Source: an uncultured Chthonomonadaceae bacterium
Lineage (GTDB): Bacteria > Armatimonadota > Chthonomonadetes > Chthonomonadales > Chthonomonadaceae
Direction of reading: 5' to 3'
Assembly (NCBI GenBank): GCA_963817895.1
Contig: CAWFQB010000003.1
Span: forward strand, 128,001-192,000
DNA length: 64,000 nt
The notes below the pieces were generated by a model, which had not been told where the DNA came from, made no database searches, and saw nothing but the letters and a program-made list of their open reading frames with translations. This document shows, one piece after another, positions 30,596 to 40,794 of this stretch. Position 1 is the stretch's first letter. Each line of letters starts with the position of its first letter. The translations under genes were made by a program, and so were the position numbers.

Positions 30596-31960
30596 TCACC
30601 AATCCAGCGGTGATCGGGGAGCCAGCGTAATCGTGTAGGATTTGGCGCGCGTGCCTAAGTTGGGGTCGGCGGCGGGAGTGACAACGAGCGTGGCCGTGCC
30701 CGTTCCCGCGCTCAACAGTCCCGTCACTTCCACACTGCTCATCTGGCTGACGGGGTGGCCGTCAATGGACGTGATTTCGTCGCCGATGCGCAGGCCGGCG
30801 CGTTGCGCGGGAGAGTTCTTTTTGGTGGAGTCTACCAGAACCGTTTTGCCGTCCGTGCGAATCACAAGCCCGAAACTCGGCGTTTCCGCTTCATCAGCCT
30901 CTTCTTTGCTGGTGACGCGCTCCAGCAGCAGCTTGCGGCGCGGATAATCGAGAGTGACGCTGGTAATTTTGCAGCAGGCGATTGCCCACGATGCCCGTTT
31001 GCCCGATCACATCATTATTGCGATAATCAACCGCAACCACCCGCCCGGACAGGTTGATAGGTCCGAGCATCAGGAAACTGGCGCGGATTTTATCAGTGCG
31101 AAAACTGCGCGTCACGCCATAAGAGGTCGCGCCAACGCGGGGCGTGTCTTCCTTGAACAGGCCGGATTCCTGCGCGGCGGAGTGCGCCACGCTGAGATAG
31201 CCGCCAAAGCCCGTGTCCAGCAAAAAGTCGTAATCGTACTTGGATGCAGTTGCCCGGAAATCAGCAGGCTTGTCGCCGCCCGCTTCACATTAATGGGCGT
31301 GACATTGAACAAAAACGAGCGCTGGTCGTCGCCCACGCGGGACGCAATGCTATAGGTGCGGGGATTATAAAAGCGGAGTATTTTCTTCTCATAGTCTATT
31401 TCGGTCACGAACCCGGCGCAAAAGGGAATGCCTATAATGCCGTCCACTTTCTGCCCCAGTACGCGCGACACCTGCGACAGGTCGGTGACAAGCACGGCGA
31501 TGTTATGAACCCGCGCCTGATTTTTGTCGGCTCCCAGCGACAGGTCGCTGACCCAGAGTTGGTCCGCGGACGTGACGCCCTCCGCTTCCTGAATGGTCGT
31601 GCTGCCAAGCCCGTAGCCCTGAATGTTGAGCGCGCGGTCTATCACCGGCGCGCTGGCTCCGGTATCGAACAGAAACGTCAAATCCTTGTGCCCGTCCAGA
31701 ACGCCATGCACGAAAATCTGATGGTTTTTGTACTCGAACGGCACTTCCACGAGGGAACTGTCCAGCGTGTATTCGGTAATGAACCGTCTCTGCGCCCATG
31801 AAGGCGGCGCGGCAAATAATGGCAGGCCGAGCGCGAACACCAAAAACAGAGTCAGCATTCCCCGTTGTCGCCGCGCCCCTGATCCACGCGAACAGAAAAA
31901 ACACATTCGGTCGTGGCTGCATATCGTACCTTTCTTGCATACTGCGAAAACGCTGCGCAA
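30596..31960 (-). CDS. retropepsin-like aspartyl protease (two domains) plus PDZ; two frameshifts
   Basis: FLFDTGAS, DGIIG, LLDTGF, GIVG and C-terminal SPAQRAGLRIGD; start uncertain. Confidence 0.8.
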
Positions 31961-32030
31961 ACTTAATTAAAATACTATGCGTCAAAGGCAAAGTTCCGCG
32001 CCGTTTCGGTTTATTCCTGCCGGCAGAATA

Positions 32031-33170
32031 TCACTGATCGAGAACCGTGTAAATCGCGCCGTCATAAACAAATAGCAGATTTTTACCGTCCGGCGTCCAT
32101 TGCAAATTCTCCATGCGCTCTTTGGGGTCAAACCCGAGGTCATGTGTCATCGGATCGTTATTTTGCTCTACGCAACCCAGTTCGCGCATCTCACTGCCAT
32201 CCAGACGGCTTGTATACATCCACAATTTGCTGTGCCGTTGTGGATTGAATACAGGATAGCGCAGCAATGCAGGCCATCGGTATCCAACGCGCCGAAGCAT
32301 ACTGTTGTCTGATTGTTCCAGATTATCCGCTGTCACCCAGGCGACTCGTTTTCCGGTTGGGGAGAACGTTATTTCAGATGCGTAGTGATTGCGCGGCAAT
32401 TTCACGTCCCACCTGCGCGCCGGTTTCGCCTGCCCGCTCGTATCTATCTCGTAAAAGCTTAGAGTTGTGGCGGCGGGCAAGGCATAGGAGAATATCAGCA
32501 GGTGGTGCGCGTCTGTCCAGGCCAGCGGTTCAATATCGGGTGTTGCCATACCAAATCGCTTTTGATTCAACGGTTGTAAAAGCGGTGAACCTGCGGGAAT
32601 GGGGGTTGTCGCGCAAACTGTTTTTGATGTGTCACATCGCTGCCATGTGATCTGAAACTGCTTACCATCACACTCGCTATGTATCAGCGCGTCGCTTTGT
32701 GGCGTCCATATCCGGCGCGAGTACCCGGAGTGGAAAGAGTCATCCGGCCACTCCCAATATTGCGAACCGTCAAGCGCCATCACAATCTGAAAGCGGTCGT
32801 GAGGAACCGTGTTGCGCGAACCCTCCCATTGCAGCCATCTCTTATCTGGCGAAAGATGTGCTACACAGGCCGGTACGCGGCGCATCGCCAGACTCAACGC
32901 TGTCAGCCGAACAGAAGCGCCGGTTCGCATGTCTATGCGGAACGCTTCTTTATAAGGCGAAGGTAACACAAGAACTTCATGGTCGGACAGCAGAAATATG
33001 CTGTTATATCCGCGCGCATCGGCATAGCGCGTGGCGTGGCGCAGCAACGTATTTTGCGCCATTCGACGCGCCAACACAAATCCCGCGCACCCTGCAAGCA
33101 GCAGGCCGATCAAAACGTATGCGCTCCGGCTTCCAACTTTGTGTTTGTACTGTGGTCTGCGTCTCTTCAT
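32031..33170 (-). CDS. membrane-anchored TolB/PD40-like beta-propeller protein
   Basis: N-terminal transmembrane segment; LSPDKRW, FSPTGKRVAW and WTPDGKNL repeats. Confidence 0.6.
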   Translation of the reverse strand: MKRRRPQYKHKVGSRSAYVLIGLLLAGCAGFVLARRMAQNTLLRHATRYADARGYNSIFLLSDHEVLVLPSPYKEAFRIDMRTGASVRLTALSLAMRRVPACVAHLSPDKRWLQWEGSRNTVPHDRFQIVMALDGSQYWEWPDDSFHSGYSRRIWTPQSDALIHSECDGKQFQITWQRCDTSKTVCATTPIPAGSPLLQPLNQKRFGMATPDIEPLAWTDAHHLLIFSYALPAATTLSFYEIDTSGQAKPARRWDVKLPRNHYASEITFSPTGKRVAWVTADNLEQSDNSMLRRVGYRWPALLRYPVFNPQRHSKLWMYTSRLDGSEMRELGCVEQNNDPMTHDLGFDPKERMENLQWTPDGKNLLFVYDGAIYTVLDQ

Positions 33171-33195
33171 TGCGTTGCCTCGTTGCTGTAAGCCG

Positions 33196-34296
33196 CTAAA
33201 ACACGGATACGGTCGGTATTGAGGAAGCGACAACGCGCCCGATAATGGCGTGGGCAAGCGTCTGCTGTTCGGCAAGGGCGTCGAGCAGGTCAGGCAACGC
33301 ATCTTCGCGGACGCAGATTGCCAGGCCGCCCGATGTTTGCGGGTCGAGCATCAGGCTGAGACGCCACGACAGTACCTCATTAGTAACGACGAGATGTTCG
33401 CCCAAATACGCGCGATTTTCCGTGTCGCCCCGCGTGACGTTTTTCGCCGCGATCAACGCCTCCACATCGGGCAGCATGGGCAGGGCGTTGCTGTCGAGTT
33501 CCAGTGCCACACCGCTGGCCTTCGCCAACTGGTATAAATGTCCGAGCAGACCGAAACCCGTAATGTCCGTTGCGGCGTGAACAGGCTGGTCTGGCCCGAT
33601 GCCGATTTGCCGCATGGCGTTTGCCGCCCCCGCGTTCAGGGTCGCCATGCTGCGAACGGCGGCGTTCAGGGTATCCGGGCTTGCCTCGTCGAATTTGGCG
33701 GCAGTGATGATAATGCCCGTGCCGAGCGGTTTGGTCAATACGATTACATCACCCGCCCGCGCCCCCGCGTTGGTAGTAATGTGGCGCGGGTCAATCAGGC
33801 CGGTCACGGACAGGCCGAACTTGGGTTCCGGGTCTTCCACACTATGCCCGCCCACAAGCGCGGCCTCCGACTCGGCTACCTTGTCCGCGCCGCCCTGCAA
33901 AATCAGCGCGAGTTCTGCCGGGTCGCGTTCCCGAATGGGAAAGCACACAATATTCATCACGGTGACGGGCTTGCCGCCCATCGCGTACACGTCCGAAAGC
34001 GAATTGGCGGCGGCAATCTGCCCGAACAGATACGGGTCGTCTACAATAGGCGTGAAAAAGTCCAGCGTCTGCACGAGGGCGAGTTCGTCCGTAAGACGGT
34101 ACACGCCCGCGTCGTCGCCGGTAATCAGGCCGACAAGGAGGTCGGGGTTTGTAGGAACTTTAAGTTCGCGCAGAACCTGCGCGAGTTGGGCCGGCCCAAT
34201 CTTGCCGGCTCAACCGGCGCCGCGCGCCAGATGCGTCAGGCGCGTGCGTTGATCTACAAGTTCCGTATTGGCGTTGTTCGTAGTCGCGTTCGTCAC
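33196..34296 (-). CDS. selD: selenide, water dikinase containing selenocysteine (in-frame UGA at codon 29)
   Basis: GGAGG ribosome-binding site and GTG at 34296; RLTHLARGAG-TGA-AGKIGP in frame with DDAGVY, DFFTP, GGHS and TDITGFGLLGH. Confidence 0.93.
34166..34184 (-). promoter_or_regulatory. putative bacterial SECIS hairpin of selD
   Basis: TCGCGCAG-GTT-CTGCGCGA, loop about 34 nt downstream of the UGA at 34210-34212. Confidence 0.65.
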
Positions 34297-34331
34297 GGGT
34301 TCTCACCTCCTTTCGACAATGATATTGGCGC

Positions 34332-36098
34332 TTACTCTTCGTTGTTACGGATGCCGGCGCGCAGCAGTTGCTCGGATTCGACGGGAGCGGTTTGGGCAGT
34401 AGCGGCGCGGAGGAGAATGTCCCCGGCTTCGGTCGGCACAGTGGAGGCGCGAAGCAGAGTTTGGGTTTGCCGCTGTTCGCCGACACGCGCTTCCAGATAC
34501 GGCAAACACTGCTCTGCGGCTTCCCGAACGCGCTTTTTCGCCGGGGATTTCGCCGTCATAGTCGCCAACTGCTGTACAAACGTTAAGGCGCGTTCATCCC
34601 CGACCTGTTCCCACGCTTTCAGAATGGCGATGTCAAAATTCGCCTGTCGTTCGGCGACCTGTTTCCCGGCCCAACCCTCCGACAGTTTGAAGGCGCTGCG
34701 CTGTAGTTCATGGTTAAGCCAGTTACGATGCGGTTCTGTAAGCAGATTCGCGTCACTGGCCCGCAGGCGGGGAAGCAGGTTTTGCAACGACGCGCGTAGC
34801 GTCCCGCGCATGGTTTCAACCATAATTGCCGTTGGCGGCGGTATATGATCCAGAATGGTTCCGATAAGCGCAACCTCTTCGAGGGCGGCAAGAACATCCA
34901 GCAGGCGTTTTTCGGGAAAGATACCGCCTGTACTGCCCAACAGTCGCGCCCGACGCCAATTACGACGCTTATAGTTTATGTTTAGCCCTTTGATATAAGC
35001 GACCCCTCCGCCAGCAAAAGCTCCGGCAAGGGCAACGGTACTCGCCATTTGCGCATCGAAGTAGGGCCAGCGTAGCGCCCAAAAATAGACAAGACTGCCG
35101 AGCAACGCGCCTCCTGTGCTGCACACAAGGACAATGGCGCGGCTGATAAACTTGTCCGCAGGCGGTTCCTGATCCAGCAACAGCAGGATTTGCTTCAAAT
35201 CTTCCGGCGGCATGGTTCGCAATGTCTTTTCGGCGGCTTGTCGTTCCCCCGTGTCACGGCTGCCCAGGCGCATCACGCAGGCGAGAATGGGCGCGATGTT
35301 AGCAGGCGCGGCATCGGCGTGTCGCGAAGGTTCCACCTCTATACGGTGGCGCGTGGTGACTTCATCGGGCGCGAATCGGCGTAAATAGTCGTTGGCGGTC
35401 TCTTGCAATTCCCAGTTGCGGGTTCGTTCTGCTATTTTGCGCACTCTGGGCAATATGGAAGCGTCTTCCAAAACCGTAAGAGCGTGAAGCGCCGCGCTTG
35501 CAACATCCGAGTTGCCAAAAGACACCATTCCGCGCAGGCGGCGCCGCTCTTTCGGCGTGAGAACAGGCATGTCCGTCGTGGATACCTGATTTAACGCCTT
35601 TACAAGAACCTTGTAGCGGGCGGCGACCAACTGCTGCGTATCATGCGAGGAGTTATTTTTGTAAGTGGAAGCGGGTGTGAGGCGCAGCAACAAACTGACC
35701 GATTGCGAGGGTGGATAGCAGGCAAGCGCATGAGACAGTCCGGCAGCAAGTTTCGTGGGGAGAAGTTTGCTTCCTGCCGCGAGGCCAGCAAAGAAGATTA
35801 TCATGCAGCCAAGCATGGCCCACGGAAACCAGGGAGGCATCGGAGGATTGGGTTGACGGGGCAGCGACAGCGCAAAACCGATCATGGCAGAATAAGACAC
35901 TGTCATTGTTCCCAGAATGACGCCATACCCTGTTCTATAACGCTGCTCTACGTATCGCGTGGCAGCAGCGAGTTCCGCCAGCGGGTGTGCGCAAAGCGAC
36001 TCCAGACGCGACAGGGAAACGGCGCGGGTTGCATCATCGGTGTCATCCCATTGCAGCAGGACTTGTTTGAGTTCATCGGAAATAGGGGTAGAGGTCAT
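34332..36098 (-). CDS. membrane protein with duplicated TM plus HEAT-like helical module, paralog 1
   Basis: LLPRLRASDA, AILKAWEQVGD, AAEQCLPYL and a triple LLR tail shared with neighbours. Confidence 0.75.
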   Translation of the reverse strand: MTSTPISDELKQVLLQWDDTDDATRAVSLSRLESLCAHPLAELAAATRYVEQRYRTGYGVILGTMTVSYSAMIGFALSLPRQPNPPMPPWFPWAMLGCMIIFFAGLAAGSKLLPTKLAAGLSHALACYPPSQSVSLLLRLTPASTYKNNSSHDTQQLVAARYKVLVKALNQVSTTDMPVLTPKERRRLRGMVSFGNSDVASAALHALTVLEDASILPRVRKIAERTRNWELQETANDYLRRFAPDEVTTRHRIEVEPSRHADAAPANIAPILACVMRLGSRDTGERQAAEKTLRTMPPEDLKQILLLLDQEPPADKFISRAIVLVCSTGGALLGSLVYFWALRWPYFDAQMASTVALAGAFAGGGVAYIKGLNINYKRRNWRRARLLGSTGGIFPEKRLLDVLAALEEVALIGTILDHIPPPTAIMVETMRGTLRASLQNLLPRLRASDANLLTEPHRNWLNHELQRSAFKLSEGWAGKQVAERQANFDIAILKAWEQVGDERALTFVQQLATMTAKSPAKKRVREAAEQCLPYLEARVGEQRQTQTLLRASTVPTEAGDILLRAATAQTAPVESEQLLRAGIRNNEE

Positions 36099-36158
36099 GG
36101 TGTTCGGTGTTCAGGTATTCGCTGTTCGGTTGTATCTCGTATCTCATACCTCGTATCT
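36099..36158. repeat. tandem heptamer arrays (GGTGTTC then CGTATCT), single arms
   Basis: Fill the spacer between two paralogs. Confidence 0.7.
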
Positions 36159-37125
36159 ATGTATCCCTTGCCGGGCGCAGCAGTTGCTCCGGGTGGGTAG
36201 CTTCAGAGGCTTGCGCGGGGCGGAGCAGGGTGTTCGGGGCGACAGCGTTTGCGCTTGCGCCGCGCAGCAGGGTCTGGCTGGCGCGCTGCTGCTCGACGCG
36301 AACGCGAAGGTAGGAGAGACAAGACTGCGCGGCTGCCGTGATATGCGCGGAAGGGGCCGCCTTTAGTTTTGCTCCTAACAACCCGGTGATAATTGACTCC
36401 GACATTCGGGAGTCCTGCGCAGAGGACAAAGTATCCGGTGTTTCGTTCGCCAGACTTTCTACACAGGGCAGCGCGGTTTCATCCCCGACCTGTTCATAAG
36501 CGCGAAGAATAGCGATAATCAAGTCCTCATTCCTGCCATTTAATGCCTTGTTCAGACAGACGCGCTGCTCACGGTTGAGCAAACCGGCGTCAGAGGCTTG
36601 CAGGCGGGGAAGCAGGCGAATCAAAGCCTCTTCCACCTGCGCGCGAACGGCTGTCGCCTCAATATCCAGCGACTCGGCAAGCGGCCCGACCGCGCGTAAA
36701 TCCTCAATCGCGGACAGTTCGCTTGCAGCGGTCTTGTAGGTACTGCTGGAACCCACTGCCGTACCGAGTACGCCCGTCAGACTCATCAGGCTCATCAGCA
36801 TGTCCCAATCCCATTTGCCGCGCAGGATTCCCTTTGCGATAAATATTCCAACGAACACCATCATGGAAGTAATCAGAGCAAGTGCGAGCCTGCGTATCAT
36901 CGTTCGACGCGCGCGAAACTTACGCGCTTCGGTTTGCACGGTCGCCATCAGGTTTTTGGCGTACCATTCCTGTTTATCAAAGCTTTGCCGCGCGGCTTCC
37001 TGCGCGTCGAGCGTTGCCATCAGGCGTTCGGTAGCCTCCGCCTGTGGCGTGGCTTTCGGGGCTAATGCGGTTGATTGATGTGGATATGGTTCTGTATGTT
37101 CTTCGGGTTGTTCGACTTTCAGCAT
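36157..37125 (-). CDS. two-TM plus HEAT-like helical protein, paralog 2
   Basis: LLPRLQASDA, AILRAYEQVGD, AAQSCLSYL and the triple LLR tail. Confidence 0.75.
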   Translation of the reverse strand: MLKVEQPEEHTEPYPHQSTALAPKATPQAEATERLMATLDAQEAARQSFDKQEWYAKNLMATVQTEARKFRARRTMIRRLALALITSMMVFVGIFIAKGILRGKWDWDMLMSLMSLTGVLGTAVGSSSTYKTAASELSAIEDLRAVGPLAESLDIEATAVRAQVEEALIRLLPRLQASDAGLLNREQRVCLNKALNGRNEDLIIAILRAYEQVGDETALPCVESLANETPDTLSSAQDSRMSESIITGLLGAKLKAAPSAHITAAAQSCLSYLRVRVEQQRASQTLLRGASANAVAPNTLLRPAQASEATHPEQLLRPARDT

Positions 37126-37190
37126 GTCGCCTGTCCTCCTCTCCTGATAAGTGAACAGGACGCGGAAATGGCAGCGTGGCTACCATTAGA

Positions 37191-38183
37191 TCATGGTTCG
37201 GACAGATGTATGGTGATGCGGCGTTCGCTGGCGCGTAAGAGTTGTTCGGGCGTGGCGTCCGGGCGCTCGTCGGAGGGGCGCAGCAGAATGTCGGCGGGAA
37301 CCGCGTTGCCGCTGGAAGGGCGAAGCAGTTGCTCACTCGCGCGCTGTTCGCTGGTTCGCGCCTGTAAGGACGGCAAACATTCGTTCGCGGCCCGCTCTAT
37401 CTCCTCCGGCACTTTGGATGTGCTTTGCCAGTGTATTTGCCCTTTTGCCAGACGCTCCACCTGCTGTAGTTCTTTTGGCCCGCCGACCTGCTCATACGCT
37501 TTCAGTATCGCCACGCGCATATCTATCTCGCGCCGATAGGCCGAATGGGAAAACAGTTCCGTCAGATCGCGATAGCCTTTGTCGTTGGGCGAAATGGTCA
37601 GCAGGCTCAGGAGGCGGTCACGGTGCGCTTCCTTGAGCAAACTGGCATCGCTGGCTTTTAATTGCGGCAGTAACGTGGTCAGCGCGCGTTTGGACAGATT
37701 GCGCACCTGCGTATTTTCCACGCGCGTGGCTTCCACAAGATGACCGATGTTGTCCAGAGTAGGGGGTTTCGCCAGTTCGCGGGCAAGCGCGTTTTTGCGG
37801 CGATAGGCGCGGTAACACAATTGTCCCAACACGGCGAACAGCAACAGGCATATCAAAGCAAAGAACAGCAGCATACGGGACTCGACTTGCCCGCCGTCCC
37901 TCAGCGCGTAGTTGACAAGTCCGGCTATTCCCACCATGTATCCCGCAAGCATGAGACACATGTTACGTCCATCGCGCTTGCGTTGGCGACCCTCCGCTTG
38001 CAGGAGAGGCAGCAGGTACGAATCGGCCATGCTGATCTCCTGCGCCGTCCCTTCGGCTTCAAGCGGCGTGTCGGCTTCGAGCGTTTGCGCCGCGTTCTCC
38101 GTGTCCGGCAACAGCGGCGTAGAAAATGAAGACGCCTGAATTGTGGTGGAAGTCTCTTCGGCCTGAAATTGCTGCTGGTTCAT
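37191..38183 (-). CDS. two-TM plus HEAT-like helical protein, paralog 3
   Basis: LLPQLKASDA, AILKAYEQVGG, AANECLPSL and the triple LLR tail. Confidence 0.75.
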   Translation of the reverse strand: MNQQQFQAEETSTTIQASSFSTPLLPDTENAAQTLEADTPLEAEGTAQEISMADSYLLPLLQAEGRQRKRDGRNMCLMLAGYMVGIAGLVNYALRDGGQVESRMLLFFALICLLLFAVLGQLCYRAYRRKNALARELAKPPTLDNIGHLVEATRVENTQVRNLSKRALTTLLPQLKASDASLLKEAHRDRLLSLLTISPNDKGYRDLTELFSHSAYRREIDMRVAILKAYEQVGGPKELQQVERLAKGQIHWQSTSKVPEEIERAANECLPSLQARTSEQRASEQLLRPSSGNAVPADILLRPSDERPDATPEQLLRASERRITIHLSEP

Positions 38184-38331
38184 CGCGCTATCGTTCCTAT
38201 CCTGAAAATAGCCCTCAACCCCCAACCCCTTCTCCCAAAAAAGCCTGGGAGAAGGGGAGTCGCTTATTTTAATGCTCGGCGGTGAACGGAGTTCACAGGA
38301 TTTGTACGGCAAGTGAATGTCTACCCTCAAT

Positions 38332-38365
38332 CCATTCGCGTGTATTCGCGTTCATTCGCGGCTAA
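38332..38365. repeat. dispersed decamer triplet ATTCGCGT(G/T)N
   Basis: CCATTCGCGTGTATTCGCGTTCATTCGCGGCTAA is identical near 8802-8835; variant at 1729-1757. Confidence 0.8.
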
Positions 38366-39837
38366 CCCTGTATTATAGATCGGGCAGCTTCGGCGATAGT
38401 GACGAGTTCGACAGGGTCACAAGTGCGCGGGTCAAACAGAATGGCGTCGGATTTAATTCGCGCGAACACGGCGGGCGTGTGCAGGCGTAATCGGCGGGCC
38501 ATTTCATCCGCGTCGGGCAAACCGTCGAGGGCGCGTAACCGGACGCAGATTGTAGGCAGATTTTCACCCGGCAGCGAACCGCCGCCCACCTGCGATGACT
38601 CGGAAACCAGATCGAGCGCGAAACGTTCCGGGGGCAGAACCGCGCGCAGTTTGTGGCGTAATTGCTGCGCCATGCGCCGGAGTTCCGGCTCGGTTCGGGA
38701 CAGGTAGCGCAACGTGGGAATGGCCTGTACCGCCTTTGCCGGGTCGCGATACAGGCGCAGCGTGGCTTCAAGCGCGGTAAGGGTGAATTTGTCCACGCGC
38801 AGGGCGCGGGCGAGCGGATGAGCGGCAATGCGCTCGATATACTCTTTTTTGCCCAAAATCAAGCCCGCCTGTGGCCCGCCCATCAGTTTGTCGCCGCTCG
38901 CCATAACCACGTCACTGCCGGATGCAACGCTGTCGCGCAGGGTTCCCTTCAACCCGGGCAGAACCGGAAGCGCAAGGCCATCCCCATGCAGCATTGCCCC
39001 ACTGCCCTGATCGTCCAATACGGGAAACCCGCGCCTGCGTCCCAATGCGGCCAATTCCGCTGTGGGCGTTTCTTCCGTAAAGCCAACGAGCGCGAAGTTG
39101 GAAGGAGAACAGCGCAAAATCAGTCCGGTTCGTTCCGTAATGGCGTTTTCGTAATCGGATAGTCTGGTACGGTTGGTCGTTCCCACTTCCACAAGTGTTG
39201 CGCCACTGGCCCGTATAATGTCGGGCATCCGAAACGCGCCGCCGATTTCCACCAGTTCGCCGCGCGAAATAATCACCTCTTTGCCCATTGCCAGAGCGGT
39301 GACAGCCAGAAACACGGCCCCGGCGCAGTTGTTGACCACCGTAGCATCCTCCGCGCCGGTCAACTCGCAAAGCAGGCCGCGAACGTGATCTCGGCGCGAC
39401 CCGCGCTTACCGGTTTCGCGCTCAATTTCCACCATGCTGTGGTTGGCGGCGACTTCCATAATCGCCTGCCGCGCTTCCACTGCCAGCCGCGCCCGCCCCA
39501 GTCCTGTGTGCAGCACAATCCCGGTTGCATTTATGGCGGCTTGCAGAGTGGGCGCATGGCGGCGTATGGCTTCTTGCGCTACCCGATTTGCCAGAACATC
39601 CTCGGAAGGCAGTGACGGAGCATCCGCGCTTTTTACCGATTGCAGTTCGCGCCGCGTTTGTTCCAGCACCTGTCGCGCCGATTCTACAAGTAGCGCGGGA
39701 GGAACCGCGCCCTGCAAAGCGCGGACGGCTTCAGCGTCAAGCAGACGATTCACCGATGGCAGGCGGCGAAGCAGGCCGGAAAGGGAAACTTCGGCCTGAA
39801 TTGAATTCGTGTCGGACAAGGGAGATTTCTTTGTCAT
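38362..39837 (-). CDS. selA: L-seryl-tRNA(Sec) selenium transferase
   Basis: INATGIVLHTGLGRA, SRGELVEIGG.FR, EVGTTNRT and SGDKLMGGPQAG motifs. Confidence 0.95.
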   Translation of the reverse strand: MTKKSPLSDTNSIQAEVSLSGLLRRLPSVNRLLDAEAVRALQGAVPPALLVESARQVLEQTRRELQSVKSADAPSLPSEDVLANRVAQEAIRRHAPTLQAAINATGIVLHTGLGRARLAVEARQAIMEVAANHSMVEIERETGKRGSRRDHVRGLLCELTGAEDATVVNNCAGAVFLAVTALAMGKEVIISRGELVEIGGAFRMPDIIRASGATLVEVGTTNRTRLSDYENAITERTGLILRCSPSNFALVGFTEETPTAELAALGRRRGFPVLDDQGSGAMLHGDGLALPVLPGLKGTLRDSVASGSDVVMASGDKLMGGPQAGLILGKKEYIERIAAHPLARALRVDKFTLTALEATLRLYRDPAKAVQAIPTLRYLSRTEPELRRMAQQLRHKLRAVLPPERFALDLVSESSQVGGGSLPGENLPTICVRLRALDGLPDADEMARRLRLHTPAVFARIKSDAILFDPRTCDPVELVTIAEAARSIIQG

Positions 39838-40038
39838 GTCACTGTTATTGTAGCGCATTGAGGAGGAATGGTTCAAATGCAGTTTCAATCGCGTATACAA
39901 ACGTAGACAACTGAGACAAAACCGTGTAGGGAAAACCGTGTGGATTGGCGAATAGGCAAGCGGCCCTCATCCCGGGCATCCACTCGTGGACATACCCTTT
40001 CCCAAGCTTGGGAGAAGGGGAGTTTATAAGGACAATCA

Positions 40039-40794
40039 ATGAAGATACTTGTGCCGATCAAGCGCGTCCCCGACCCGTATGGACGCGCGCGACTTACGCC
40101 CGACGGCCAGATGGATACCAGCAGTCTGTCGTGGGTTATCAACCCGTTTGATGAAATCGCTCTGGAAGAGGCCGTTCGCCTGCGCGAAGCGGGCAATCCG
40201 GTGGAAATCGTTGTCGTCAGCATTGGCGGTTCGGTGTGCGAGGAGCAGCTACGCGCCGCGCTTGCGGGGGGAGCGGATCGCGCCCTCATGGTTCTGGATG
40301 AGGCGCTGGAAACCGAGCCGTCCGATCCGAGCGTCATTAGTCATCTGCTTGCCGCCGTGTGCCGCCGCGAAAATCCCGATCTGGTGCTGATGGGCAAGCA
40401 GGCCATTGACGACGATTTCAGCCAGACGGGACAGCGGCTTGCTGCCCTGCTCAACTGGCCGCAAGCCACATTCGCTTCCGCCGTCGCGCTGTCCGGCAAG
40501 ACCGTTCGCGTCACCCGCGAAGTGGACGCCGGCCGCGAAATCCTCGAACTTACCCTGCCCGCCGTAATAACCACCGACCTGCGCCTGAATCAGCCGCGCT
40601 ACATCGCTCTGCCCGCCATCATCAAAGCGCGGAGCAAACCCTTGCAGCGTCTTGATGTTGGTGAACTCGGCCCCCGTCCCGCTTCCCGCCTGCGCATTGT
40701 CGCCCAAACCATGCCCCCGCCCCGCAAGGCCGGACGCAAAGTGGGCAGCGTAGACGAACTGATCGCCGCGCTCAAGCAGGAGGGGAAAGTATGA
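40039..40794 (+). CDS. etfB: electron transfer flavoprotein beta subunit
   Basis: [20 protein letters not shown] and LNQPRY motifs. Confidence 0.93.
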   Translation: MKILVPIKRVPDPYGRARLTPDGQMDTSSLSWVINPFDEIALEEAVRLREAGNPVEIVVVSIGGSVCEEQLRAALAGGADRALMVLDEALETEPSDPSVISHLLAAVCRRENPDLVLMGKQAIDDDFSQTGQRLAALLNWPQATFASAVALSGKTVRVTREVDAGREILELTLPAVITTDLRLNQPRYIALPAIIKARSKPLQRLDVGELGPRPASRLRIVAQTMPPPRKAGRKVGSVDELIAALKQEGKV

